Below the pieces are notes generated by a model. It had not been told where the DNA came from, searched no databases, and was given only the letters and a program-made list of their open reading frames with translations. A DNA stretch of 64,000 nucleotides from Negaprion brevirostris (taxonomy: Eukaryota). The stretch is from the NCBI GenBank assembly GCA_030324005.1, contig JARDVH010000149.1:21186697-21250696 (forward strand), given 5' to 3'. The position numbers were made by a program, and so were the translations under genes. Below, one piece after another: positions 50,231 to 63,922 of this stretch. The first letter of the stretch is position 1. Every line of letters starts with the position of its first letter.

Positions 50231-53200
50231 TAATATGTAATAACAGAATGGAATATTGATTCTGCAACTTCTAAAAAAATCTGATCTTTATATGGTAATA
50301 TCTATTTGTTTTCATAGTTGACTAATTTTTAATTTAGTTTAATAATGCATTGTTTTAACATATCCAGTTATATTAATGACCAATGCTTGGATCTTATACA
50401 CTTCAATATCGAATGTACTGAAAAGGAGATGATCACACTTGTTCCAAATAACATTTTCTAACTAGGTATTTTCTTGGCATTAATTTGATTCTTAAAAAAA
50501 TCCTCTCTGATGTAATATTTAATACAAGTTAAAGGTACACCAAAAGTGGAGAACTTTAATTTATGTCTGAAATCACCCAAAATGCTTCCCAGCTGCATTA
50601 TATTTGAATTAGAAGTTTTAGGTAACCACAAAGAGTCCCAATGTGGTCGACAGCAGAGCTGTTCTCTGTCTGGCTCTGCTTTCAGACTCAATTTATAACT
50701 TTCCAATTAAGCTTTCTGTAAACTTTGACAAGAGGGACTCAAAAGCTGTGTTTGCTTCAAGGGCTTCCTTTGTATGCCTTTAACCAGTATGATTCGGAAC
50801 TAGCAGCGGAAGAGTATCTGTAACTTTTGCTGCCATCACTTCATAGATTTTCTTTAACCCTTTCAGATCTATGGTATATTATACATCTGGTTAGTGTCAT
50901 GCTAGAAGTTTTAAATACCATTGACAAACCCATGAATCCCTTAGGTGACATTTACAATTTATTGCACAGTTTATTAATGCTGCATAAGATCTCACATTCC
51001 ATAGCTGGCTATCATGTACTGACTATTCCATATATATATGGATTGAATGCACCATCAATTTAATTTAAATATATTTATTAGAATATTAATCTGAAGGTTT
51101 TTTTCTCAAGTTGATAGCAGAAATTTTGCAAAATGCCATTGATGATTTGCTAATTCACCAGTTTCTGATGATTGGAGTAAAATTTTTAACAAGGAACTCT
51201 GTCAACTGTAAGGAAATCTTTCAGATTGGATTAATAATAACATTTTTAATAATTCGGATTGGCGTGTAAAGTCATGTTTTTCCCTCTTGAAATTTCTGCA
51301 TAATCATGTAACATTTTTAATAATTGCCACATTTTTGTATAGAAGCTAAGACTGTAGGTAGCAATCTGTTTCTTATGCAGTGAGGACAATAAAGTCCACA
51401 GCACATGGAAACATCAGAGAGCAACAGACTTTTAAGTACAGTAAAGTCATTCACGAAAAGCCAATTAAAAATGTTGCTGACACATTTATGTTCTGGCTAC
51501 ACCATTAGTCTTACTGTGCCATTTAGAAGAGTAGGAAATCTTAGCAGTTAAGCCACTCTTTTATTTTTCAATAATGTAACATAATTATGGTTCATGTGTA
51601 TTTATAACACACAGTCCAGTTTATTTTAAATCTTAATTTTGAATCCAAATCAATAGTCTTTCTTGTAACTTGCAACTAGCATTTTCACATTGCAGTATGC
51701 TGTGATGGAAAGCATTTAAGTTGCAGTGTTAAATTTCTGCAAAGGGACAACAATTCATTTTCATGGATTAATAGTAACAGTACATCTTATTCACACTAAG
51801 ATTTAACTTCTATTAAATTTCTATTTCAGGACTTCTGGGGAAAAGGGGACAGAGATGTAGCAAAGCGATTTATAATTTAAACGTTCTCCCACTTTTTAAA
51901 TGATTTTCTTCATTCCACTGAGATTCTTTATTATGAAACACATTTCTCCCCCCTCTTTTTCTGTGTGCTAATCAAGAAGTACTTTATTTATTTGGTGCCT
52001 CTTCAATAGATTAAACTGTTCTTCAAGAACTGCATGTAATTAATTACTTCAGTTTTGGATGCAATGATGGTTGATATGTAAATAGCTAATCAAATTGCTA
52101 ATTTTGATGGACAAGTTATCTGCATACTAAAGATGGCAATGTCCATGATTGACATTCCTACTCACCCCATTAGTAAAAATTCAGTTATTATTTTAAAGTA
52201 ACCAAAGCCACTTTTAAATTAAAGACAACTTCTGGTTCTATAGAATTGCTTCCGGGGATTTTTTTCATTAAAATAGGCTCATAAATCTGTGTTTTGTTTG
52301 TAAACACTGAATAAGCAGATAGTCATGAAGGAGCTAGTGGAACAAGGACTCAGTGATCCTGTACAGAAGTGGTGATACGGTTGCAGGCTGAAGGCACAAA
52401 AAACAAACCTACTTTGCAAAAAGCAACCAGGCATATTATGGTGTCTTAGCCTTGCATTTGACTGTTTATGACCTATATCGTTGTAAAATTGTCACCTCAG
52501 ATTTTGAAGGGAACATTTTGTCTTGTTAAGTGACTGGTGCCCTCATCACAGTAAACTCAAAACACACAAAATATTGTGAATCATCACATTTTGACCTTTT
52601 TCTTCTTTTTCCTTCGCTGTATTTATTGATACTTTTATGCCTAATCTTGCTTTCTGAACTTCTGAACTTGAAATCATTGCCTAGATCTTTATTGCTTTTA
52701 TTCTTTTAATGTCCGTGGCATTAGTCCTCTTTCTACGCAGTGCTCTGGGCTATTTCAGCACAGAACACCTCTTCCTTTATTTAACCTCTGAACTAAGAAA
52801 AATATGAGTTAATCAAAAGTTCTAAAGGGAGCTCAGAGGAAGGGGAAGTATTTGGTTACAGATTAAATGTGTGTGTGTCATTGGTCATAAATTCAGGATA
52901 GTGCTACCAGTTGTGCTACTTAAACTGCATGTGGTGAAGGCTGTTTTGGTTATAAATTTGAAATCCAGAATATGTTCACTCAGCTTCCTATAGTTAAGTG
53001 TGGGTTGGAGCATGTTGTCTGCACCAGGGTTTCTCTGAAGTAAATTTAGAACAATGTAACCAGGTTTGGCAGTCTTAAGTTACAAAAGGATTTCAATTAG
53101 AAGAAAATGCTAGACTTAAGTAGAATAAAATGTGATTTAATTCACAGTAGGTAGTTACTCCTTCCCTTCATATTACTTATGCTTACTTTAAAAATAGTGA

Positions 53201-53811
53201 CCAATTTTAAATCCAGTAAACGGATTTAACTCCAATTTCATGTAAAAATTCAATCCTGGTCTGAATCTCAAATCCAACACCTGATGATAAAAGTTCAGTT
53301 TTGTGGATTGTTGTTTGTTCTCACAGCAAAGCAAAGCCACAGTAAGAATTTTGCCAATATACAAAGGGTGTGCTTGTCCACAGGAATGGCCATCTGTTGT
53401 ATAGCCATTGTCTTCTCTGAACCAGGCTTTACACCATCGACTGTGAGTAAATGACCCATGTAAGGAACCTGGTTGACTCTGAATCTGAATTTTGCAGATT
53501 AAGCTTCAATGTATGATCCTGATTCTGTTGAGGTGAGGTGAAGAGATGCATCATGTTCTCGCATAGAACAGCCCCTAACAAGGATGCCATCAACAATGAT
53601 CCTGCAAGGTTGGCCTGCGAAGAGTTTCTGCATGCATGCTGGAAACCCTCGCTACCAGTGGATATCCCATAGGGCATACAAAGAAAATGATATCTACCTG
53701 CCAGAGACATGAATGTAGTTAGTTTTGCAGATCCTTCATCTGATGAGATCTGCCAGAACCTGCATATTGCATCGAGAATGCTGAACACCTTAGAATTTGG
53801 CATGTCTGAAC

Positions 53812-54075
53812 AAAGAACAACCCAGCACGGGAAACAGGCCCTTCGGCCCAACAAGCCCGTGCCGTCATTTCAACAAAGCATTTTCCTACACCTACCCTGC
53901 CCCGTGTGTATGTGAATGGTACTCCTAATGTAGCCAGATTCAGGGGAGAATAGTGTTGGGGTACCAAATTGACCCTATCAGCCTAAGAGCACATCTTTGT
54001 GGTGTGGGAGGAAACCGGAGCACCCGGAGGAAACCCACCCAACCACAGGGAGAATGCGCATACTCCCACAGACAC
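53812..54075 (-). mobile_element. V-SINE inserted in the Gypsy RT
   Basis: gtgggaggaaaccggagcacccggaggaaacccac (V-domain, CpG intact) and an aacaggcccttcggccca tail. Confidence 0.88.
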
Positions 54076-54260
54076 AGGCCCATATCCATGTATCTGCACA
54101 GCTAGCAGTGATAGTCACTGAGCTGTTGTGGTGCCCGTCTGCTGGTCCAGGATTAAGCACNNNNNNNNNNNNNNNNNNNNNNNNNNNNNNNNNNNNNNNN
54201 NNNNNNNNNNNNNNNNNNNNNNNNNNNNNNNNNNNNNNNNNNNNNNNNNNNNNNNNNNNN

Positions 54261-54460
54261 CCCTCAGACTCGATGCATAGCTCCCCTCCTTTGTCCCTAA
54301 GAGGACCAATTTTCCCTCTAACCACTCTCTTGTTCCTAATATAAGAGTAAAATGCCTTTGGATTTTCCTTAATCCTATCAGCCAAAGCCATTTCATGCCC
54401 TCTTTTTGCCCTTCTAACTCCCCTTTTAAGCTCCCTCCTACTCTCTCTATATTCCTCCAG
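54261..54460 (-). mobile_element. CR1 ORF2 fragment (relatively young) inside the Gypsy
   Basis: Open frame LADRIKENPKAFYSYIRNKRVVRGKIGPLRDKGG, the typical CR1 ORF2 linker. Confidence 0.88.
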
Positions 54461-56815
54461 CTATCACCTGTTCTATTGTTTTCATAGATTGATGAGGCCT
54501 GAGCAGCACCTTATTCAGGTGCACCCTGTCAATGCATATCCTGACTATGCCATCTTGATTTACTGCAGACACCATTGCTGAAACTCATTTTGTGGCCTCA
54601 TCTGTAGGAGTTATGACACCTAGTGTTGTCATCCAATGTAGCTCATTAACAACTTTTTGCTTCATGGTTACTGATATTCTTAGAGCACCCGAATCATCTA
54701 GTGGTATACAACTGGTGAATTACCAATGATATCACAGTTGAAGCAATCTTTTTATGCTTTCATCTCTGGGATCTGATGTTATTGAGCATGCACTTCTAGG
54801 CCAAGTTGATTCAACCCCAATGTAATGCTGTCCCAAAGACCTTATAGCGGCTTTGCATTCTGGTCAACTTTGTGAAACCTGAAATTGCTCTGTGTGCAGT
54901 ATGGAGTAGCTAAACCTTTGGTGCATATGTCTTATCCACCAGAAGCCACAATGCCTGCCTGGGAGGTGGAGTCTGGTACTGCACATGGGTCTAGTTCCTG
55001 TAACATTTGGCTATGCATTACGTTACAGTTTGCTTCAGTGTTCTCCTTTGTTTCAGTCTTGGGTTACTGCAAATCATGTTGAACGTAGTGAAGATGTCAC
55101 CCTTTTCTGTGTCGGCACTCTGGCAGGAGAGTATTGTTTGAGTCTTTGTAGCTTCACTGCTTTGGCTGAACATCAGTTCATTTACCTTGCTGATGCTCCT
55201 ACCAAAACTGACCAGCTACCATGTTGCTGATGGCAGAGAGAACTGCAATGGTTTCATTCTGCAGCTTTTAGCCAAGTGATTTCAGTTCCCATATTTGTTG
55301 CATCTTTTACCATATGCAAAATTGGCTGTTCTTAAGGTGCCGGTCCTGCACTTGGAGCAGGGCATGCCCTGTACTGCGAATATTTATGTTTCCCACCAAA
55401 AATCTCTTTGTTTGTTTACCATCCAGATACTAATGTTTGTTTATAACGTTAGACCTTTTTTTGGCTTGCAGACTAAATTGCTGTGATTTCCACAAATGTT
55501 CGATCCCTGATTATTTTATCAGTGAGAGTCCCAAATTCCCATTTCTTTGTCAATTTTTTCAGTGACCATATAAGATTGTATTGATTCATCTACTCTTTGG
55601 TTTGGTGAATTGAATGCATACCTGTCGACAATTGTATTTTTTTACTGGAAAACAGATATTTTTCAGAATGATTTCAGGGTTGTCTTTTTCGTACTTGAAT
55701 GAGCGTAAATTGAGAAAACAATTAGAAATTTTGACAAATCCCAGGACCGCTCTGTTTAATAAGGAATGCCCTTTTCAGACAATGCAGTGGTACAGTAAAT
55801 GCACCACCACTCCTTGGATCTTGTCTCAAATACCTGCAATGCTCACAACAAAAGTGAGTGGGCCAATGCAGCGATGACTTTCTGTTACATTGTTAGCTCC
55901 TGACATGTAAGTGCGTTGGATTCCAGAATCACAGGCAACAAGAACTTATAATGGAAAGTAGTTTATCCACTCACTCAGCAGCTACTTCGTGTTTGTACTC
56001 TATCCCCACTCCCAGAAATAATTCCTGTGCTCCTAACACGTGATCCCTTTGAAGCCATATCATCACGTGACCACTCGGTCCACAGTTGGAAAGTAAGTAT
56101 TGATAATTTCACATGAGGAAATTTGATTGGGTTTGCTGCCAAGTAATAGTAATATAAAAATGCATTTCCAGTGACATCAGATGGAGCTGTTAAAAAGTTT
56201 ATTAAATTCTTATTTGCTTAGCACTAATGACATTCTTAGGATATGTTTCCTTTCAAGACACTGATTTCAGATCCACCATGACCAATGATGTTCAATATAA
56301 TGAATGCAGGTTATTGTTTCAGAGTGGAGAACAAATACAAGCCAGACTGGGAAAGGTTGTGCAATTTTTTAAAAAGCCTTTAAAAAGAAATTTGCTTTAG
56401 AGACTTGATTTAAGATTCATTCAACTGCAATTCAATAGTAACTATCTCTTTCTATATAATAGCAACTTGTATGTCTGTTGGACCGTGGGACCTTTTTATG
56501 TCAAGGTACCAAATAAATACTGTTACTATTTGGCATTCATCTGTACATTTCCTTAATTTATTTATTAGTGTCACAAGTAGACTGACATTGACACTGCAAT
56601 GAAGTTACTGCAAAAACCCTCTGCCACCACACTCCGGTGCCTGTTCGTTACACTGAAGGAGAATTTAATATAGGAAGGTATCATAAAATGCACTTTGTTG
56701 AGGAAAAAACAGTGGACAGCAGGTAGTAGAGAAAAACGATGAATAGAGCTATAATTTATTTCCACACTCAAACATTTGGCACAGATTCCCTGTTTTTTAA
56801 ACCTATACCCCTTAG

Positions 56816-56816
<1 letters not shown>

Positions 56817-56866
<50 letters not shown>
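56817..56866. repeat. (TG)25 microsatellite
   Basis: Directly visible; perfect repeat. Confidence 0.97.
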
Positions 56867-56870
<4 letters not shown>

Positions 56871-59524
56871 ACCAGCACGCTGAAATTATAGGGGACAAAG
56901 AGATATGTTGGTTTTAAAACAGAAGCCATGCCTTTCTCATTAATTTGCTCTATGTGCACAAGTAGAAACTGCAACCATCTAATAGGACAGAAAAAAACGT
57001 GAATGCTATTTATCCTTTTCGGAAATGTGTATTGTATGTCATCAGGTGATCTACTCTAGTGTATTTGAGACCCTTGCTTTTGGCATGCCTTTTTTTTGTA
57101 CTCCCATCATCAGCAGGAGATTGTTTTAAATGTTCTATCTTAAATCCTCTCTAATGGCTTTTGTACTTGCAGGAAGGAATATTTTAAGCTTCTTGTGTTA
57201 ATTTCCATTGATGCCTTTTTGAGTGGCAGCCTATATGAGTCTATTTTGATCTGAATGGTGCATAATTATCTATCTTATCCGTGCTAGTTTCTAGCTTGCA
57301 TCAGGTGGCATAGAACCATTGCAGTAATTTTTTCTTTTTGCTAACTTCTATCGTTGCACAACTTTTTAAGCCATCTAAAGATATGTGCATGTTTGATGTT
57401 TCTTAGCATTTTATGGTATTTTCTTTTCCAGCTTTTATACATATTATGGCAATCCCTATGCTGATGTGAGGTCAAATTAACAAATGTGTATCATTAACCC
57501 AGTTGTGGCAGTGATGGCTTCAAACTAAATCCATTGTATTTTGTTTTTATAAAATCACAAGCATTAAAAAGAATTTTTTCCAGAACTTCAAATTTATTTC
57601 TAGGTTTTTACCTCCAGTTTATTTAGAGCTTATTTTTATGTTGTGAGTTTGATATTTTCAACCTCACTAAATTGACTATGCTACCTGGTTGAAAATTTTG
57701 GCTCATCACTCTGTTATCTGTTTGAATCATTGGCTAAAAACAATACTTTCCCATTGAATTATTTAAAGCATTCACATTTAACAAAAATTTCTAATGAATA
57801 TATTTGTGAAATAATAAATTAAAGCATTATTGTCACAGAACAGTGTGGAAAGTAAAACATCCAACTTAAAAATCTCCAAAGCTTCCTAAAAATTTAAATA
57901 TTTTTAAAAAAATGTAAACCATCAAAGCTGAACATTATAAAGGAAATTGGCGAATTCAATGTTTTGTTTTAGCAGGTGTAATATAATTAAACATTTCAAT
58001 ATTGTCCCTCTTACATTATTGTTGGTGCTCATTTTAATGCCACATGAATTCAAAGATTTTTGAAGACTTCTATTCTCTACTTATCTGGTATTGTAAGGTG
58101 TTGATTAAATGTGCGCGTTGCAGTAAATTATTTTATTCATATGCTTAGAATTTTTAAACAATATAAATGTGTAAAACGAGTTTTTAAATTGAAAGACAAC
58201 ACAGATCTCCCATAGAGTTTCTGAACAAAATTAGCAATAACTTTTAACATGCACAAGGAAGAAAAATGACAATGATTATACAAAAGAGCATTGGTGCCAA
58301 GATACACCAAAACAACAATGCAACATGTGGCATCTTTAATACTTCTGTGGTGTTTAATTCATTTGCAAACATAATAATTGACAATATTCCCGTTCTCTTG
58401 CTGTTCTCATGTCTGATAGAAATAAAGCATGTAACATTAGATGATGACTAAGCATCTGTTTGATGGTGTTTCCTATTCTTGGCCCTTGGGAGATTTAAAT
58501 TACTGTATAAAAGTTGCTGCTGTTGAAAAGCATTTCCCAGGTTATAACTTTGTTGTTTATGTTGACACTTCTGTCTGAAACCATTTTGAAGGAAATCTAT
58601 TTAGCATCTACATTTCCACTCATTTTCTGTTGCACTATAACAAAGTTTTTGTTCTATCTGATGATTGACCAAACTAATTTGCATTCCAGATTTGATGTCC
58701 TTGCCGGCTCTTACTTCTGGTCTTAATAGCTTGCATGTTTGACTTAATGGACCAATACAGGAAACTCTCATGGCTGAGTGACAAGATAAGGTTCAGCTGT
58801 GAAATTTGGCCTCCCAAAAGAGGAAGTGGCTGATCTTTAAAGTGACGCATGTACTGAGATTGGTTTATTGACTACAGGTTTGGTATTGTTTGATACTGGT
58901 CAATCAGTGCAGGAACTGTGGTAAAATACACACAGGAGACCAAAGTGACACGAAAAAGGATGCCCAGCTGGAAAAGAACCAGCTGATTCACAACTGAAAA
59001 GACCTTTCAGTTTAACATTTTGCTGTATTTGCATGAAAATGAAGCAGTGAACACTTTTTGCTATTAAGACCAATGTCCCGTTTAAAAAAAAGTTATCAAT
59101 ATTGTTTAATCTAATTGCTTTGGCACATTTTTCAAATTTCATCTTGCTTTGAAAGACAGTAACTTCATAACTCAGGAATTTATAGGGGTGCTTTTTTTGC
59201 TATGATATTCAGGCTCACCAATTGCAAACGGATTTAATTGTTTAGAGTAAGTATTCAATTTTATAGTTTTATCATTGAATACATAGACTTAGCTTTGCTT
59301 TTTACATTGTTGTGTAACCTATAATTTCAGTAAAATACAGTATATTTTCTTCAATTGAGAATAAAAATCAGACAATATTTAGCATTCCCAAAACTCTTAG
59401 TTAAAAACAATTTGAATGACCTTGTTTATTGTTTGTATAAGACAAGTTTTCGGCAATGTTTTTAGTTAGTAAGAATCTCTTATTCACTTTTCAAATGTTA
59501 ATGAGCACCTAGAATGACACATTT

Positions 59525-61112
59525 TTCAGCATTAATAGAGAAATGGTTTTACAGAAATTGATGGCATTGAAGGTGGATAAATATCCAGGTCCTGATAATC
59601 TTCATCCCAGAGTACTTAAGGGAGTAACTCTGGAAATAGTAGATCCATTGGTGGTTATTTTCCAAAATTCTTTGGACTCTGAAATAGTTCCTACAGATTG
59701 GAAGGTAGCTAATGTAAGCTCACTATTCAAAAAGGATGTTAGAGAGAAAACAGGGAATCATAAACCAGTGAGCCTAATGGCGGTACTGGGGAATTTGCAT
59801 GGGTATTATCAAGGATTTAATAACTTGGCATTTGGAAGGCAGTGGTATAATAAGACAAAGTCAGCATGGATTTGCAAAAGGCAAATCATTCTTGATGAAT
59901 CTATTGGAATTTTTTGAGGATGTAACTAGTAGATTTGACCAAGAAGAACCAGTGGATGTGATTTACTTAAACTTTCAGAAGGCTTTCGATAAGTTCTCAC
60001 AAAACAGACTTCTATGTAAAGTTAAAGCACATGGAATTACAGGTAATGTCTTGACGTGGATAGAAAGCTGATTAGCAGATAGAAAGCAACGAGTTGGCAT
60101 AAATGGATCTTTTTCTGATTGGCAGTCACTGACTAGTGGGATTCCGCAGAGACCTGTGCAAGGACCCCAACTGTTCATATTATACATAAATGATTTGGAA
60201 GAGGGAACTGAATGTATTATTTCCAGATTTGTAGATGATACAAAGTTGGATGGGAGGATGAGCTGTGAGGAGGATGCAGAGATGCTTCAACGTGACTTGG
60301 ACAGGCTGAGTGTGTGGGCGTCTGCATGGCAGATGCAGTATAATGTGAATAAATGGGGTAGCAATAATAGGAAGACAGATTATTACTTGAATGAGTGTAA
60401 ATTGAGAGAGGTGGATACTCAACAAGACCTTGGTGTCCTTGTGCATCAGTCACTGAAAGAAAGTATACAGGTACAGCAGGCAGTAAAGAAGGCAAATGGG
60501 ATGTTGGCCTTCATAGCGAGAGGACTTGAATATAGGGATAGGGACATTTTGCTGCAATTGTATTGCTGAGGCCACATTTGGAGTATTGTGTGCAGTTTGG
60601 TGTCCTTATCTGAGGAAGGATGTCTTGCTATAGAGGGAATACAGCAAAGGTTTAACCAGGTTGATTCCTGGAATGGCAGGTCTGTCAAATGAGGAGAGAT
60701 TTTGTTCACTGGAGTTTAGAAAAGTGAGTGGGGATCTCATAGAAACTTATAAAACTCTACCAGGGTTCGGCAGGGTAGATTCAGAGAGAATGTTTCCATT
60801 GGTGGGGGATGGGGTGCCCAGAACTAGGGATCATAGTTGGAGGATATGGGATAAACTTTTTAGAACTGGGGTGAGGAGAAATTTCTTCACCTAGAGAGTG
60901 GTGAATGCGTGGAATTCACTACTGGAATTCAATGTAGTTGAGGCTGAAATGTTGTCTGATTTCAAGAAGAAATTAGATACATCTCTTGGGGTTAAAGGAA
61001 TCAAGGGATATGGGAGAAAGGGGGATTAGCATATTGAATTTGAATGAATATGAATGGTGGAGCAGGAATGAAGGGCTGAATGGCCTGCTCCTGCTTCTAG
61101 TTTCTATGTTTC
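59525..61112 (+). mobile_element. CR1 LINE, 5'-truncated, containing the complete decayed RT region
   Basis: PGPDNLHPRVLK, SQHGFAKGKS, YLNFQKAFDK, LYINDLEEG, FVDDTKL and RPHLEYCVQ motifs, then the 3' tail. Confidence 0.95.
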
Positions 61113-61186
61113 TATTTTCCATTCTGCTTGACTCGGTTGCGTTGATAATTCTTATATCTATCATCTTGTTTATATAGACATTTTAT

Positions 61187-61345
61187 CGGGTGGCACAGTG
61201 ATTAGCACTGCTGCCTCACAGCATCAGGGACCTGGGTTCGATTACTGGCTTGGGTCGCTGTCTGTGCGGAGGCTGCACGTTCACCCTGTGTCTGCGTGGA
61301 TTTCCCCCAGGTGCTCCAGTTTCCTACCACAGTTCGAAAGACGTG
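61187..61345 (+). mobile_element. HE1-like SINE 5' half
   Basis: gtggcacagtgattagcactgctgcctcacagc...gggttcgatt and V-domain. Confidence 0.85.
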
Positions 61346-63060
61346 CCGTAAAATGTCAAGGGGTTAATAAGATTCACTCTTGTTGGAAATGGTGATTGCC
61401 TGCTACTTGTCTAACATGAATGTTTCTTGCCACTTATCCCAAGCCTGAATATTGTTCATGTCTTCCTGCATATGAACACGGACTGCTTCAGTGTCTGAGG
61501 GGTCATAAACCTGTTGAACATTACACAATCGTCATCGGACATACCACTTCTGATCTTACAGAGGGAACGTTACTGATGAAACCACTGGACGTGGTTAGAC
61601 CTGAAATACTACCCTTTTGAACTCATGCAGCCATGTTCCGATGCTGAGATGATTGACCTGTAAAAACCACAACCCTCTTCCTTTATGCTAGATTTGACTC
61701 CAACCAGTTGAGAATCTTTCCTCTGATTCCCGTCCATAGTTTTGCGAAGGCTGTTTGATGCCAACTTAGTGCTGCCTCATTGTAGTCATTCTCACCTCAC
61801 CTCTTGAGTTCAGCTCTTTTGTTCATGTTTGGATCAAAGCTGTAATGAGATCAGGAGCTGATGGGTTCTGGTACTACCAACACCGAGCATCAGAGAGCAG
61901 ACTTTTGCCGAATAATTTGACACGTCCACTATGATTCTCTCAGATGCACAATAGAAAGCATTCTTTCTGGTTGTATCCCTGCTTGGTATGGCTCCTGTCT
62001 AAGACCACAAGAAACTACAAAGGGTTGTAAACCCATCACGCAAACCAGCCTCCCATCCATTGACTTTGTCTACACTTCCTGCTGCCTTGGAAAAGCAGCT
62101 AGTATAATCAAGGACCCCACGCACCCTGGACATACTCTTCTTCCTTCAGGAAAAAGATACGAAAGTCTGAGGTCACGTACCAACTGATTTCAAAACAAAC
62201 AAGTTTTTCCCTCTGCCATCAGACTTCTGAATGGACCTACCTCATATTAAGTTGATCTTTCTTTACACCCTGACTGTAACACTACATTCTGCACCCTCCT
62301 TTCCTTCCCTATGAACAGTATGCTTTGTATAGCGTGCAAGAAACAATACATTTCACTGTATACTAATACTTGTGACAATGATGAATCAAATCAAAGTGCT
62401 GCTTGTTAGCGCTGTTGAATGACACCTTCCTTCACTTTGCTAATGATCGAGGGTAGACTGATGGGGTTCTAATTAGCCTAGTTGGATTCATCCTGCTTTC
62501 TGTGAACATGACGCACCTGGGCAATTTTCCACGTTGCTGAGTAGAAAACGGTGTTGTAGATGTATTGGAACAACTTGGCTAGCTGTATGGCCTGTTATCA
62601 CAAAGGAGTGAATCAAATTGGCTGAAGATTGATATCTGTAATGCTGAGGAACTCAGGTGGAGACCAAAATAGATCATCCACTTGGCACTTCTGGCTGAAG
62701 ACGGTTGCAAATGCTTCAGCTTTGTTGTTGGAGCCCGCCCTCCTTCAGCTAGTTGCTTAATTGTCCAGCTGCATTCATGATTGGTTTTGGCAGGATTGTA
62801 GACCTTCGATCCAATCCATTGGATGTGGGAGAGCTTAGCTCTGACATTGCATGCTGCTTCCACTGTTTGGCATGCAAGTAGTCCTGTGTTGCATCTGAGG
62901 TGTTGACACCTCATTTTCAGGCATGCCATCCTGCATTCTTCATTGAAGCAGGGTTGATCCATTGTCTTTATGATAGTGGGGAATATGCCAGGCCATAGAT
63001 TATTGATTGATTGTGATTGAATACAGTTCTATGGCTGCTGATGGTAAATATTGGCCAATG
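61345..63060 (-). mobile_element. CR1-like LINE (second family), split by a Rex1 insertion
   Basis: Homologous to 14030-15140. The minus frame gives DQPCFNEECRMAC (PWFN motif). Confidence 0.82.
61916..62395 (+). mobile_element. Rex1/Babar LINE 3' end
   Basis: CTIESILSGCIPAWYG and KKLQRVV motifs with an aatcaaatcaaa tail. The host LINE resumes directly after it. Confidence 0.88.
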
Positions 63061-63479
63061 TATAGCGTTCTAAGTAGTGCAGTGACGTCTTTTGCATCCA
63101 CCTGAGAGAGCAGATGTGTGGGATGGCATTGGGGGCGAAGCAAGAAGGAGATGGAAAACTTAGAGATGTCTAGTTTTGACAGTGGAAGTGGTGGGGGAGG
63201 AAGAGATTTCATAAAAGGATTTCAGAGCAGTAACAAGGGAAGTATTTGTGCTGTTCAAGATGTAGTTGAGCAATTATTTTAATTACTTACAGATTAACTT
63301 GGGTCATTGCCAGGAAAATACTTTTAAATAATCTGCCGCAAATAAACCTCAGACTAGCCTTCAGCACAGCTGTTGGCGCAGAGGTCACAGTGGGAGTGTG
63401 GCATTCATTTTACTCAGTAACTGCTGAGTATTTGTTTGAAATAAGATGGATTTCCCCAATACTCAGAAAAATTACAAAG

Positions 63480-63922
63480 TTGAGACCCGGGATGAGAGTA
63501 TGATCCTATAAGTTAAGAGGCCTATATACCCTGGAATTTAGAAGAATAAGAATTAATCATCCAAGATTCTGAAGGGGCTTGACAGGATAGGTGCACAAAA
63601 TGTTTTTGGCTGCGGAATCTAGAACGTGGAGACACAGTCTCGGGATAAGTGGCTGATCATATAAAACTGAGGTGAAGAGGAAATATCTTCACTCAAAAAG
63701 TTGTGAATGTTCGGAATTCCCTGCTCCAGGGGGATGTGGATACTTAATTGTTGACTGTAATTAAACTGGGATAGACAAATGTTTGGCCTTTTAGAGAATC
63801 ATAGGATATGGGAAGTGGATGGGAAAGTAGAGGTGAAGTCAGATGTGATTGCATTGCATTGAATGGCGGAATAGGTTCAATGGCTCACATGGATCTACTC
63901 TTGCTCCTATGTCTTGTTCTTG
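63480..63922 (+). mobile_element. CR1 LINE 3' end
   Basis: LEFRRIR...KILKGLDRI remnant and tail ctactcttgctcctatgtcttg. Confidence 0.82.

Larger units (their letters stand above)
53330..56113 (-). mobile_element. Gypsy/Ty3 LTR retrotransposon, decayed and 3'-truncated, with 5' LTR at 55906-56113
   Basis: RT: DGIVRICIDRVHLNKVLLRPH...IEQVIA / MPNSKVFSILDAICRFWQI...GRYHFLCMPYGIS. The LTR has TG...CA termini followed on the minus strand by a PBS-like tgtcagga. Confidence 0.85.

Noticed and set aside
8032-50812. Shared 12-mer tagcagcggaag in two candidate enhancers
   Set aside because: Repeated 12-mers are expected by chance in 64 kb, and there is no flanking homology.
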